Virus record (IMG/VR): IMGVR_UViG_3300009433_000007
DNA length: 62,109 nt
Direction: 5' to 3' (one strand)
DNA from: a virus
The translations under genes and the position numbers were made by a program. Position 1 is the stretch's first letter, and every line of letters begins with the position of its first letter. This document shows positions 19,479-30,142 of this stretch, piece after piece. Below the pieces are notes generated by a model. The model was not told the DNA's origin. It did not search any database and was given only the letters and a program-made list of their open reading frames with translations.

Positions 19479-22400
19479 ATGCCTCAACAAACGAATCTCA
19501 ACGTAGCGCCATATTTTGACGATTTTGATGCCGCTAACGATTACCATAAGGTATTATTCAAACCTGGATATCCTGTTCAGGCAAGAGAGCTAACAAGTCT
19601 CCAGTCTATACTGCAAAATCAAATTGAAAAATTTGGTCTGCACTTTTTTAAAGAAGGCGCTAAAGTAATTCCTGGAAACACTGCATATACTAGATTATAT
19701 TATGCAATCCAATTAGATAATAATTTTCAAGGGGTTCCTGTATCTGCATATGCAGATCAGTTAATTGGAACAAAAATTACTGGAGTTAGATCTGGTGTAA
19801 CTGCTGTTGTTGATAGCATTATACTACCTGAAGATTCTGAAAATGGAAATATAACCCTTTATATTAATTATTTGGGTTCCAGTACAACAAATAACCAGAC
19901 TCAAATATTTTCTGATGCAGAAACATTAACTTGTAATGAAGTTATTATTTCTGGACTACTTGGTAATACAACTATTCCCGTTGGGTCTGCTTTTGCGAGT
20001 ACTATAGCATCTAATGCTGCTGCAACTGGATCTGCTTTTTCTGTAGAGAATGGTGTTTACTTTATTAGGGGTAGTTTTGTTAATGTTAATAGAGAAACTT
20101 TAGTTCTTGATCAATATAGCAATACTCCAAGTTATAGGATTGGTTTTTTCGTTGATGAAGAAATCGTTACTGCAGATTTAGACGAATCTCTTAATGATAA
20201 TTCTCAAGGATTTAATAACTATGCTGCTCCTGGTGCAGACAGACTTAGAGTTAGTGTAAGTTTATTTAAAAAACCTTTAGATGACTTTAGTGATGATAAT
20301 TTCATTTTACTAGCAACTGTAATTAATGGGGTTATTCAAACTGCTTCTTTACAGACAAATCAGGGAGGTGGATACCTCAATAAAGACTGGACCGATATTC
20401 TGGCAAGAAGAACTTTCGATGAGTCTGGTCATTATTATGTAAGACCATTTGATGTTTCTGTTGCAGAGTCACTAAACGATCAAGTTGGAAACAACGGAGT
20501 ATTTAATGCAGGACAATTCACTTCTGGAGGAGCAACTCCTACCGATAATCTTGCTCTGTATAAACTCTCTCCCGGAAAAGCATATGTAAAGGGATATGAG
20601 ATTGAAACTCTCAATACAACATATATCGATGTAGATAAACCGAGAACTACAAAAACTTTAGAAAACCAAAATTTCATTTATAATACAGGTGCAACTTTCA
20701 AAATTAATAGTGTTTACAGAGCACCTACAGTTGGAGTTGGTAACACTTTCGTTGTAAGTTTACGAGATCAAAGAGTTGGAGTTAATTCTGAAAGTGCTCC
20801 AGGAAAAGAAATTGGTCTTGCAAGAGTATATGACTTTAGACTTGAATCTGGAACTTATAGTATATCTAATGCAAATACAAACCAGTGGGATTTATCGCTG
20901 TATGACCTACAGACAACAACTGAAATTGCTTTAAATCAGGCACATACTTTAACTGTTCCTACTTTCGTAAAAGGAAATTCTAGTGGTGCTACTGGTTTCT
21001 TAAGACATCCTGTAAGTGCAGGAACTGCTGTTACTGTATATGATAGTAGGGGAACTTTTGTTGCTAATGAGAGACTCTCTTTTAATGGACTTGAAGATGG
21101 AAGAATTGCTATTGCAGTTACTGAAAATAAGATTTCTAACGTAAAATCTGTATATGGTTCTTCAAATACTTTAGATCTTGCTGATGGAATCACTGGAGTT
21201 AATACTTTTAGTGCAAATATACTTCAATCTAATAATTTTACAGTCGGTATTGCCTCTATCAGTCCCAAGTCTGGTGGAGTTAGTACGATTACTGCTTCAA
21301 ATCAACTGTTTCCTGGAACAGTTATCAAAGAAAATGATTTAATTAGATATACTGATACTACGCCAGGACTAACTGAGGACCCAATTATTGCCAGAGTTAC
21401 TGGTGTTGGCACTGCAACTGTTAGTATTGAGGGTGTTGCCACTGTTTCTGGAATTGCAAGTGGATTCTTACCTGCAACGACCTTAAATGTTACTGATTTG
21501 CAAGTTCTCAATACAGAACTTTCCAAATCTTCGGATAATACTTTATACACTCTTTTACCAAAACCAAACGTAGCAGCAGTAGATATTGCTGAATCCATTA
21601 TTACTATTAGAAAAACTATCAGTGTTGATATTTCTTCTGGTCAACTCTCTGTTCAAGCAACAGCAGGACCTAACGAAACTTTCCTTCCATTTGATGATGA
21701 AAGATATGTTCTTATCAGATCTGATGGAAAAACTGAACAACTTAGTTCAGATAGATTTGAACTATCATCAGATGGAAAATCATTACAGATTAGAAATCTT
21801 GGAACTGATAATAGTGGAGCAACCCTGATTGCCACTCTAAGAAAGACAAATCCAAAGTCTAAAGTAAAAATTAAAAATAGAATAAAATCTATCATTGTTG
21901 ATAAATCTAGACTTCAGGGATCTGGAATTGGAACCACTACATTGAATAATGGTCTTACTTATGGAAACTATCCATATGGAACTAGAGTTGAAGACCAATT
22001 AATTTCTTTAAATTCTCCAGACGTTATCTCAATTCAAGGAATCTTTGAATCTGTGGATACAAGTGCCGCTTCTGCTCCTAAGGTATCTCTTCTTAACATC
22101 ATTAGTCCTTCTACAACCACCTCTGATATGTTAATCGGAGAAAGAATAGTTGGTCAAACTAGTGGTGCTGTGGCAGTAGTTGCTGAAATTGTAGATGCAT
22201 CTACAATTTCTCTTATCTATAAAAATGAATCTGTACTCATTGAGGGAGAAACTATTGAATTTGATGAATCTAATGTTAGTGCTAGAGTTTCTACTTTAAC
22301 CACACCTAGTTTCAATATTTCTTCAAACTACACATTCAGAACTGGTCAAGAAGATACTCTTTATTCTTATGGATCTATAAAAAGAAAAGTAAAGAGCAGC

Positions 22401-25400
22401 GCACCAGTAAACCAGTTAAAGGTTTACTTTACCTCTGCTTATTTTGATACGACTGATAATGGTGATATTATAACTGTAGATTCGTATAAAAACTTTGATT
22501 ATTCTGAGGAAATCAAGACAGTTAATGGATATAGGACCAGTGATATTATTGATTTAAGACCAAGAGTTTCTGAATATAGTGTTGCTGAGAATGTTAGATC
22601 TCCATTGGAATTTGCAGGGAGAGTTTTTAATGGGGCAGGACAATCAGTTCAGCATATTTTAGCGTCTGACGAAGCTATTACTGCTGATGTTGATTACTAT
22701 CAAGGAAGAATTGATAGAGTTTTCCTCTCTAAAGATGGAAGATTTCAGGTTGTTTATGGAACTCCTTCTGATGATCCGGTAAACCCAAATCCTATTGATG
22801 ATGCAATTGAAATTTGTACTGTAGAATTGCCCCCATATCTCTTTAATGTTAGTGACGCAAAACTAGCATTTAACCAGCATAAGAGATATCGTATGCAGGA
22901 TATCAAAAGACTTGAAGATAGAATTAGAAGTCTTGAATATTATACTACTCTTTCTTTATTGGAGAAAGAAACTGCAAACTTATTTGTTTCTGATTCAGAA
23001 GGTTTAAACAGATTTAAATCAGGATTCTTCGTTGATAATTTTTCTGGATTCCAAACTCAAGACGATAGTTTTGATATTAATAATTCTATTGACATAAAGT
23101 ATAATGAACTTAGACCAAAACATTACACCAATTCGGTTGATATGATTCTTGGTCCTGTTGTTGACAGAGACCCGAATGCAGATTCTAGTGTTGCTGCTAT
23201 TGAAGGTAATAATGTAAGAAAAGGAGATGATGTCTTAACTCTTGATTATGCTGAGGTTGAATATATTACTCAAGCATTTGCAACTAGAACTGAAAGCGTT
23301 ACTCCATTCCTTATTAGTTTTTGGAATGGAACTATGGAGTTAACTCCATCAACTGATAGTTGGGTGGATACAACTCGTTTAGAAGCAAAAACTATCCTGC
23401 AAGAAGGTGATTATAATGAAACTTTTGATGCACTTGTAGCAAATGGGGAAGTTGACCCTCAAACGGGGTTTGGTCCAATTCTTTGGGATTCTTGGGAAAC
23501 TAACTGGGGCGGCATTACAGATGAAACCACTACTAGGAGAAGAGTTATTAATAATGGTCCTGATACTATTCACACCCAGGGCCCTGGTGGTAGAGCTAGA
23601 CAATGGAGAAGGAGCAGAACTGTAACTGATCAGGTTATTGAAGAAACTCTTATAAGTACAGTTCAAAGTGGTGTTCAATCTAGAAATGGTTCTAGAACTA
23701 TTGTTACTGAACAATTTGACAACACTTCTCTAGGAGATAGAACTATTAGTAGAGATTTGATTGCAAACATGAGATCCAGAAACATTGAATTTGTTTCTAG
23801 AAAAATGAAACCCCTTACAAGATTGTATGCATTCTTTGATGGGATAGATGTTACCCGATATTGTGTGCCCAAACTTCTTGAAATTTCCATGAATAGTGGA
23901 ACATTCCAAGTTGGAGAAACTGTAACTGGGTCAATTGTGAGAACAGGTCTTTCTGAAGAGTCTAATGAGACTTCTCCTAGAATTACCTTTAGAGTCGCTC
24001 AGGCAAATCATAGAGAGGGTGCTTATGATAGCCCAACAAAAACTTTCCGCGAAAATCCTTATACTAATCGCCCACTTGCAGGATCATATTCTTCAACATC
24101 AACAATTTTAAACGTTGATACTCTTTCTCTTTCTGAACAACCCCAAGGTAGTTATTTTGGGTATGTTCAGACAGGAATGACGTTTGTTGGAGAAACAAGT
24201 GGAGCACAAGCTACCTTAGATGATGTAAGACTCATTGCTGATTTGTCATCTACTATTATTGGTAGTCTTTTCATTCCTGATCCAAATAATGTCAACTTCC
24301 CTAGATTTGAAACCGGAACAAAAACATTTACTCTAGTAAATGATATTGATAATAATCAGGATTTAGCATCTACTATTGCAGAAGAAGCATTTACTTCTAC
24401 TGGTACTTTAGAAACTGTTCAAGAAAATATTCTTTCTGTTAGAAATGCAAGGATAGAACAAAAAAGAGAATTCCAAGATAGAAACGTGGAACAAACTCTT
24501 GGTACGCAAGTAGTTAATTCTAATGTAGTCAGTACACAACAAAGAACTCAAACAATTATTACTTGGTATGATCCACTTGCACAGTCTTTCTTAGTTGAAG
24601 ACGAAACTGGTTGTTTCTTAACCAGTTGTGATGTCTTCTTCAGAACAGTTGATGATTTGGATGTTCCAGTTGTTTTCCAACTGAGATCCATGGATAATGG
24701 TCTCCCAACCACTAAAATTCTTCCTGGTTCTGAGATTGTTTTAGACCCATCTGATATTCAAACTTCTTCTGACGGATCTGTTGCTACAAACGTTCAGTTT
24801 AAATCACCTGTTTATGTTGAAGGTGGTACAGAATACGCAATATGTTTAGCATCCAACTCTACTAAGTATACTGTATATATTTCTAGAATTGGTGAAAATG
24901 ACTTATTAACTGATACGTTTATCTCTAACCAACCATATCTTGGTTCTCTATTCAAATCTCAAAATAATACCACTTGGGAACCAAGTCAGTGGGAAGATCT
25001 TAAATTTACTTTGTATAGGGCAGATTTTGTTGAAAGTGGAAGTGTTGAATTCTATAGTCCAGAACTCACGCAAGGAAACGCTCAGATTGCTAAGTTACTT
25101 CCTGATCCTATTTCCATCGCATCTAAAAAAATTAGAGTTGGTCTAGGAACAACTGTTGCGGATTCTGGATATCAAATTGGAAATACATTCTTCCAAGATG
25201 GAACCAATGCTACAGGAGACCTGGTAGGTACTGCAGGTTCCGTAACAGGGACTCTTAGCGTATCTAACGCTGGCATAGGTTATACGCCTGCTAGCGGTTC
25301 TTATACGTTCGCTGGAGTCAACCTCGTCACGCTGACGGGTAGTGGTAGAGGTGCAACTGCAGAAATTAGTATCCTTAATGGCGGTATCGTTGCTTCTGGA

Positions 25401-27023
25401 GCAACCATTACTGCGGGAGGTTCTGGTTATGTAGTTGGAGATGTTCTTGGAATTTCTACCATCGGTATTGCCACCATCGGTAGAGATGCTCAACTCACCG
25501 TAACTGGAATCGGAGTTACAAACGAACTTATCTTTGATAACGTTCAAGGCAACTTTGTTGTTGGTGGTGGTAAGTCGATGAACTATTTCAACAGTGTTGG
25601 AGTCGCTCAGACATTAAATAATGATCTTCCTGGTGCTCCTGGTGGAGATGTTCAAATCGCATCTATTGTTACTATCAACGATGGTTTGCATATGAATATT
25701 AGTCATCAAAATCATGGAATGTATTTCACTGAAAATAGTGTTAGACTTTCTGGAGTGAAACCAGATATCAAACCAACAACGCTCTCTGTAGCGTATCCAG
25801 CAGACTCTACATCAGGTCTTACAGTTGGACTTGGCGCTACATTTGCTACATTTGAAAATGTTGGAGTCGGCACAACTAACTCAGGTTTACTGCTTATTGG
25901 TGATGAAGTAATCACATACACTAATGTGACTGGAAATACTATTGGTGGAAATATTGTAAGAGGTCGTAATCCAAAAACATATCCAGCAGGGACTCCAGTA
26001 TTTAAATATGAATTATCGGGTGTAAGTCTTGGCCGTATCAATAAGACACATTCTTTAGCAGATGTAACCGAATCTGACCCCTTTACATTCGATTCTTATA
26101 AAATTAAACTCGACGTGAGTGGAAACACGGGAACTGCTAGAAATACTGATGTTGGATTTCCTCAGTTATCCCTCAATCGTTCTAAATCTACAGGTGGTAC
26201 AAAGGTTAGAGCAACTCAGAATATGCCATTTGAATTAATTACTCCTAATGTACATAATATGACAGTTCCTGGAACAACCATTAGTGCTGAACTAAGGACT
26301 ACTACGTCCAAGAGTTTCAGTGGAACAGAAGTTCCTTTCTTAAATGCAGGATTTGATGATATCATTATCAATCAAAAGAATTATTTTGATTCTCCAAGAA
26401 TGATTGCATCTAAAATTAATGAAGATGCAAACTTAACTACAGTTCCTGGGTCCAAATCAATGAATATGAGGATGTTCTTGAATACTGTTGATACAAGACT
26501 TACCCCGGTTATCGATACCCAGAGAGTAAGTGCTGTGCTTACATCAAACAGAATAAATGATGTCATTACAAATTATGCAACCGATTCTAGAGTAGATAGT
26601 ATTGAAGAAGATCCCACAGCATGTCAATACATTTCTAAGGAAGTTGTATTAGAAAATTCAGCATCTTCTATCAAGGTTATAATTTCTGCTCATATCAATC
26701 TTGATGCAGATATTAGAGCATTCTATTCTGTAGCAAACGAACCTGGATTTGAACCAATCTTCTCACCATTCCCAGGTTATTCTAACCTCAATACTAGAGG
26801 TCAGGTAATTGCTCCTCAAAATAATAACGGTCAACCAGATGTATTCATAGTTAAATCCAATACTCTGGCTCATGATTCCGCTCTTGTGGATTATAGAGAA
26901 TATACATTCTCTATCGATAACCTGCCTTCGTTTAAAACTTATAGAGTAAAACTAAATCTAACATCTAGGAATCAATGTTATGTTCCTAGGATTAAGGACT
27001 TGAGAGTAATCGCTTTAGCTTAA
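19479..27023 (+). CDS. Large virion structural protein, DUF4815/VrlC-like (2514 aa)
   Basis: NLNVAPYFDDF...VLFKPGYPVQARELTSLQSILQNQIEKFG N-terminus; APGADRL, PGKAYVKGYE, RFKSGFFVDNF and DPLAQSF motifs. Confidence 0.8.
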   Translation: MPQQTNLNVAPYFDDFDAANDYHKVLFKPGYPVQARELTSLQSILQNQIEKFGLHFFKEGAKVIPGNTAYTRLYYAIQLDNNFQGVPVSAYADQLIGTKITGVRSGVTAVVDSIILPEDSENGNITLYINYLGSSTTNNQTQIFSDAETLTCNEVIISGLLGNTTIPVGSAFASTIASNAAATGSAFSVENGVYFIRGSFVNVNRETLVLDQYSNTPSYRIGFFVDEEIVTADLDESLNDNSQGFNNYAAPGADRLRVSVSLFKKPLDDFSDDNFILLATVINGVIQTASLQTNQGGGYLNKDWTDILARRTFDESGHYYVRPFDVSVAESLNDQVGNNGVFNAGQFTSGGATPTDNLALYKLSPGKAYVKGYEIETLNTTYIDVDKPRTTKTLENQNFIYNTGATFKINSVYRAPTVGVGNTFVVSLRDQRVGVNSESAPGKEIGLARVYDFRLESGTYSISNANTNQWDLSLYDLQTTTEIALNQAHTLTVPTFVKGNSSGATGFLRHPVSAGTAVTVYDSRGTFVANERLSFNGLEDGRIAIAVTENKISNVKSVYGSSNTLDLADGITGVNTFSANILQSNNFTVGIASISPKSGGVSTITASNQLFPGTVIKENDLIRYTDTTPGLTEDPIIARVTGVGTATVSIEGVATVSGIASGFLPATTLNVTDLQVLNTELSKSSDNTLYTLLPKPNVAAVDIAESIITIRKTISVDISSGQLSVQATAGPNETFLPFDDERYVLIRSDGKTEQLSSDRFELSSDGKSLQIRNLGTDNSGATLIATLRKTNPKSKVKIKNRIKSIIVDKSRLQGSGIGTTTLNNGLTYGNYPYGTRVEDQLISLNSPDVISIQGIFESVDTSAASAPKVSLLNIISPSTTTSDMLIGERIVGQTSGAVAVVAEIVDASTISLIYKNESVLIEGETIEFDESNVSARVSTLTTPSFNISSNYTFRTGQEDTLYSYGSIKRKVKSSAPVNQLKVYFTSAYFDTTDNGDIITVDSYKNFDYSEEIKTVNGYRTSDIIDLRPRVSEYSVAENVRSPLEFAGRVFNGAGQSVQHILASDEAITADVDYYQGRIDRVFLSKDGRFQVVYGTPSDDPVNPNPIDDAIEICTVELPPYLFNVSDAKLAFNQHKRYRMQDIKRLEDRIRSLEYYTTLSLLEKETANLFVSDSEGLNRFKSGFFVDNFSGFQTQDDSFDINNSIDIKYNELRPKHYTNSVDMILGPVVDRDPNADSSVAAIEGNNVRKGDDVLTLDYAEVEYITQAFATRTESVTPFLISFWNGTMELTPSTDSWVDTTRLEAKTILQEGDYNETFDALVANGEVDPQTGFGPILWDSWETNWGGITDETTTRRRVINNGPDTIHTQGPGGRARQWRRSRTVTDQVIEETLISTVQSGVQSRNGSRTIVTEQFDNTSLGDRTISRDLIANMRSRNIEFVSRKMKPLTRLYAFFDGIDVTRYCVPKLLEISMNSGTFQVGETVTGSIVRTGLSEESNETSPRITFRVAQANHREGAYDSPTKTFRENPYTNRPLAGSYSSTSTILNVDTLSLSEQPQGSYFGYVQTGMTFVGETSGAQATLDDVRLIADLSSTIIGSLFIPDPNNVNFPRFETGTKTFTLVNDIDNNQDLASTIAEEAFTSTGTLETVQENILSVRNARIEQKREFQDRNVEQTLGTQVVNSNVVSTQQRTQTIITWYDPLAQSFLVEDETGCFLTSCDVFFRTVDDLDVPVVFQLRSMDNGLPTTKILPGSEIVLDPSDIQTSSDGSVATNVQFKSPVYVEGGTEYAICLASNSTKYTVYISRIGENDLLTDTFISNQPYLGSLFKSQNNTTWEPSQWEDLKFTLYRADFVESGSVEFYSPELTQGNAQIAKLLPDPISIASKKIRVGLGTTVADSGYQIGNTFFQDGTNATGDLVGTAGSVTGTLSVSNAGIGYTPASGSYTFAGVNLVTLTGSGRGATAEISILNGGIVASGATITAGGSGYVVGDVLGISTIGIATIGRDAQLTVTGIGVTNELIFDNVQGNFVVGGGKSMNYFNSVGVAQTLNNDLPGAPGGDVQIASIVTINDGLHMNISHQNHGMYFTENSVRLSGVKPDIKPTTLSVAYPADSTSGLTVGLGATFATFENVGVGTTNSGLLLIGDEVITYTNVTGNTIGGNIVRGRNPKTYPAGTPVFKYELSGVSLGRINKTHSLADVTESDPFTFDSYKIKLDVSGNTGTARNTDVGFPQLSLNRSKSTGGTKVRATQNMPFELITPNVHNMTVPGTTISAELRTTTSKSFSGTEVPFLNAGFDDIIINQKNYFDSPRMIASKINEDANLTTVPGSKSMNMRMFLNTVDTRLTPVIDTQRVSAVLTSNRINDVITNYATDSRVDSIEEDPTACQYISKEVVLENSASSIKVIISAHINLDADIRAFYSVANEPGFEPIFSPFPGYSNLNTRGQVIAPQNNNGQPDVFIVKSNTLAHDSALVDYREYTFSIDNLPSFKTYRVKLNLTSRNQCYVPRIKDLRVIALA

Positions 27024-27024
27024 T

Positions 27025-27252
27025 ATGGATTTCTACGAACTAGATGGAAATAAGGATCTCGCAAGAGATCCTGAAACCAATGCAATCATCAATGTAAATG
27101 GTTTAGATTATTCTCAATATCTTTCTACTAAAAGTATTAAGAATGAAAAGAATCAAAAAATACATACAATGGAGCAAGACCTTGCTAATGTGAAAGGTGA
27201 ACTTAATGAAATTAAATCTTTACTAAAGGAGTTATTACATGGATCCAGATAG
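27025..27252 (+). CDS. Small protein with C-terminal coiled coil (75 aa)
   Basis: Starts 1 nt after the preceding stop; heptad-like LANVKGELNEIKSLLKELL. Confidence 0.75.
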   Translation: MDFYELDGNKDLARDPETNAIINVNGLDYSQYLSTKSIKNEKNQKIHTMEQDLANVKGELNEIKSLLKELLHGSR

Positions 27253-27421
27253 CATCGAACTAAGTAACTTATCAAAACAGTTTGCATACACTAAAGTAGC
27301 ATCAGAGATAGATAGTTGTGATAATCGTGATGAATTAAAGAATATTGCAAAGTCTTTTTGCAAACTTTATTATAAGCAGCAAGAAACCATGAAACTAATA
27401 GGAATAGTAGATGGCAACTAA
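27239..27421 (+). CDS. Hypothetical protein (60 aa)
   Basis: Overlaps both neighbours; GGAG RBS. Confidence 0.7.
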   Translation: MDPDSIELSNLSKQFAYTKVASEIDSCDNRDELKNIAKSFCKLYYKQQETMKLIGIVDGN

Positions 27422-27797
27422 AAATATTACTTTTGACCCCGACTCTGGTGTTCCATATGGAGTAAACCTGACTATTCAAGGCGGTTCAGATTTTAATGCA
27501 AATCTAAACATTTATACAACGTCAAACTCGGCATTTGATCTTACTGGATATACTGGATCAGCAGCAATGTCTAAAAGCGTTGCCGTTGGAGCAACACTTG
27601 GGATTACAACATCCTTTACTGTTGGTTTCACTAGTGCATATGATGGTAAAATGAAACTCTCACTTGGATCTACATCGACTAGAAGTTTGAATGAAGGTAG
27701 ATATGTATATGACGTAATTGTTGCTGCAGGAGGAACTTTTTATTCTCTTGCTAATGGTAATATATATGTTTATAACCCAGTATCAGCAGCACCCTAA
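27411..27797 (+). CDS. Beta-rich putative virion protein (BppU-N/Ig-like adaptor type)
   Basis: VNLTIQGGSDF...FDLTGYTGSAAM...LSL...GRYVYDV pattern seen in phage fibre-adaptor domains. Confidence 0.6.
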   Translation: MATKNITFDPDSGVPYGVNLTIQGGSDFNANLNIYTTSNSAFDLTGYTGSAAMSKSVAVGATLGITTSFTVGFTSAYDGKMKLSLGSTSTRSLNEGRYVYDVIVAAGGTFYSLANGNIYVYNPVSAAP

Positions 27798-27800
27798 ATA
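27794..27800 (+). promoter_or_regulatory. Late promoter for g13/g14
   Basis: CTAAATA 23 nt upstream of g13. Confidence 0.55.
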
Positions 27801-27823
27801 CACTTAGGAAACTTGTGGAATAA

Positions 27824-28666
27824 ATGGCGCAACCAGCAAGTAGAGCAGATTTAATTAACTATTGTAAGAGGCAACTGGGAGCTCCAGTGCTGGAGATTAA
27901 TGTTGCCGATGAACAAATAGATGATCTAGTTGATGATGCCCTTCAGCTATTTCACGAAAGGCATTTTGATGGGGTAGTTCAAACGTACTTAAAATATAAA
28001 ATAACACAAGACGATATAGATAGAGGTAGAGCGAGAGGTGGTAGTAGCACTGCAGGAATTGTAACTACAACTGCAAGTTCTAATATTGATGGAGCTAGTG
28101 TAACATTTTCATACGAAGAAAATAGTAATTACATTCAAGTTCCGCCAGCAGTAATTGGTATCAATAAAGTTTTTAGGTTTGATAACAGCACAATATCCGG
28201 CGGAATGTTTAGTCTAAAATATCAGTTATTTTTAAATGACTTATATTTTTTCAATTCATTGGAAATGTTGTCATATGCAATGACAAAGACATATCTTTCT
28301 GACATTGATTTTCTGTTAAATACAGAAAAACAAATACGATTTAATCAGAGACAAGATAGATTATATTTGGATATTGATTGGGGTAATGTACAAAAAGACG
28401 AGTATATTATACTTGATTGTTGGAGACTTTTAGACCCAAATGATTTTGCAAGGGTTTATAATGATTCATTTCTAAAAAGATATCTTACTGCTTTAATAAA
28501 AAGACAGTGGGGTCAGAACTTAATTAAATTCCAAGGAGTAAAACTTCCAGGAGGAATTGAATTGAATGGTAGACAAATTTATGATGATGCCGAAAGGGAA
28601 TTAGATAAGATTAAGGAGCAGATGTCTAATACTTATGAACTTCCACCTTTAGACATGATAGGATAA
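27824..28666 (+). CDS. g13: Neck protein gp13
   Basis: YCKRQLGAPVLEINVADEQIDD; TALIKRQWGQNLIKFQGVKLPGGIELNGRQIYDDA. Confidence 0.95.
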   Translation: MAQPASRADLINYCKRQLGAPVLEINVADEQIDDLVDDALQLFHERHFDGVVQTYLKYKITQDDIDRGRARGGSSTAGIVTTTASSNIDGASVTFSYEENSNYIQVPPAVIGINKVFRFDNSTISGGMFSLKYQLFLNDLYFFNSLEMLSYAMTKTYLSDIDFLLNTEKQIRFNQRQDRLYLDIDWGNVQKDEYIILDCWRLLDPNDFARVYNDSFLKRYLTALIKRQWGQNLIKFQGVKLPGGIELNGRQIYDDAERELDKIKEQMSNTYELPPLDMIG

Positions 28667-28670
28667 GATT

Positions 28671-30101
28671 ATGCTCAATCCATATTTTACACAAGGTACT
28701 ACTGGTGAGCAAAATCTTGTCCAAGATTTAATTAATGAACAGTTACGAACATATGGAGTAGATATATTTTATCTACCCAGAAAATATTTAACAGAAAATA
28801 CTGTTATTAGAGAAGTTGTTCAATCTAAATTTGATATTGCTCTTCCTTTGGAGGCATACATCGATAACTACGATCAGTATTCTGGTGCGGGTAATATACT
28901 ATCTAAGTTTGGCATTCAATCTCAAGATGAGGTGAGATTGATTATTTCAAGAGAAAGATTTGAAAATTACATAACTCCTTTAATCCAAGATCAATCAAAC
29001 GTAAAGTTATCGACTAGACCTAAAGGAGGAGACCTTATTTGGTTCCCTCTTGATGACAGAATTTACGAAATTAAAGATGTAGAATACGCTAAACCATATT
29101 ATCAGTTACAAAACCTCTATGTTTATGAGTTGTATTGTGAACTCTTTAGACTTCAGGATGAGGTTATTGCGACTGGTATTGAAGATGTTGATAATAATTT
29201 AATTGGAGAAAATTATGATGGTTTAACTGATGATGGTATTAATACTATTCAAGGACCAACTCAAACACTTACTCTTGTAGGTTCTGCTTCCAGTGCTACA
29301 GCAACAGCAGCAATATTCAATGGTGGTGTAAGATTCTTTACTGTTACGAATAGAGGTGGTGGGTATAGTAGCATCCCTACAGTTGGCGTGTCTTCCGCTC
29401 CAGCAGGAGGAACGACTGCTGTAGGTATTGCTACCATGATTGGTGGTATTAATGTATGCAATTTAAATGTTAATCCTAAGGATAGGTCTGTTCAGGCAGT
29501 TAACGTCGTTAATTCGGGTGCAGGGTACACTACAGCACCATCTGTAACTTTTAGTGGCGGTGGGACTAACGGTGTCGGTGCTGCAGCGACATCAACTATC
29601 GGTGATGGTGTTGTTGGTATTATCACTGTTACTTCTGGTGGTGGTGGATATACAGAAAATCCAACTATTACTTTCACTGGAATATCTACAGTATCTGCTG
29701 CTGCCACAGCAATTGTTAGTGCTGCAGGCACTATTTCTGCAATTCATATTACTAATGCTGGTCTTGCGTATACTGTCGCCCCAACAATAACTATTTCTTC
29801 TCCTGGTACTGGCGGATCTGGAACTTTCTCCTTTAATGAAATAGTTACCGGATCAGTTAGCGGAACTACTGGTAGAGTTAGAGTTTGGAATGCTACAACT
29901 AATAACCTTGAACTCGGAGCTGTTGATGGAGAGTTTTCTATTGGAGAAAATATCGTTGGTTCTACATCAGGAGCTTCTTATGAACTTAGAGTTGTTGATG
30001 TTCAACCTGTTGATGATGGATTTGCCGATAATATTAATATTGAAACTGAAGCAGATTCCATATTAGACTTCTCAGAACAGAATCCTTTCGGCACCCCCTA
30101 A
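28671..30101 (+). CDS. g14: Neck protein gp14 with a repeat insertion
   Basis: EQNLVQDLINEQLRTYGVDIFYLPR, LSKFGI, RPKGGDLIWFP, ILDFSEQNPFG. Confidence 0.92.
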   Translation: MLNPYFTQGTTGEQNLVQDLINEQLRTYGVDIFYLPRKYLTENTVIREVVQSKFDIALPLEAYIDNYDQYSGAGNILSKFGIQSQDEVRLIISRERFENYITPLIQDQSNVKLSTRPKGGDLIWFPLDDRIYEIKDVEYAKPYYQLQNLYVYELYCELFRLQDEVIATGIEDVDNNLIGENYDGLTDDGINTIQGPTQTLTLVGSASSATATAAIFNGGVRFFTVTNRGGGYSSIPTVGVSSAPAGGTTAVGIATMIGGINVCNLNVNPKDRSVQAVNVVNSGAGYTTAPSVTFSGGGTNGVGAAATSTIGDGVVGIITVTSGGGGYTENPTITFTGISTVSAAATAIVSAAGTISAIHITNAGLAYTVAPTITISSPGTGGSGTFSFNEIVTGSVSGTTGRVRVWNATTNNLELGAVDGEFSIGENIVGSTSGASYELRVVDVQPVDDGFADNINIETEADSILDFSEQNPFGTP

Positions 30102-30104
30102 ATA
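30098..30104 (+). promoter_or_regulatory. Late promoter for g15/g16
   Basis: CTAAATA at the g14 stop. Confidence 0.55.
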
Positions 30105-30142
30105 AAAACACATAATAGTGTCAGGATTTGTAGGATTAAACT

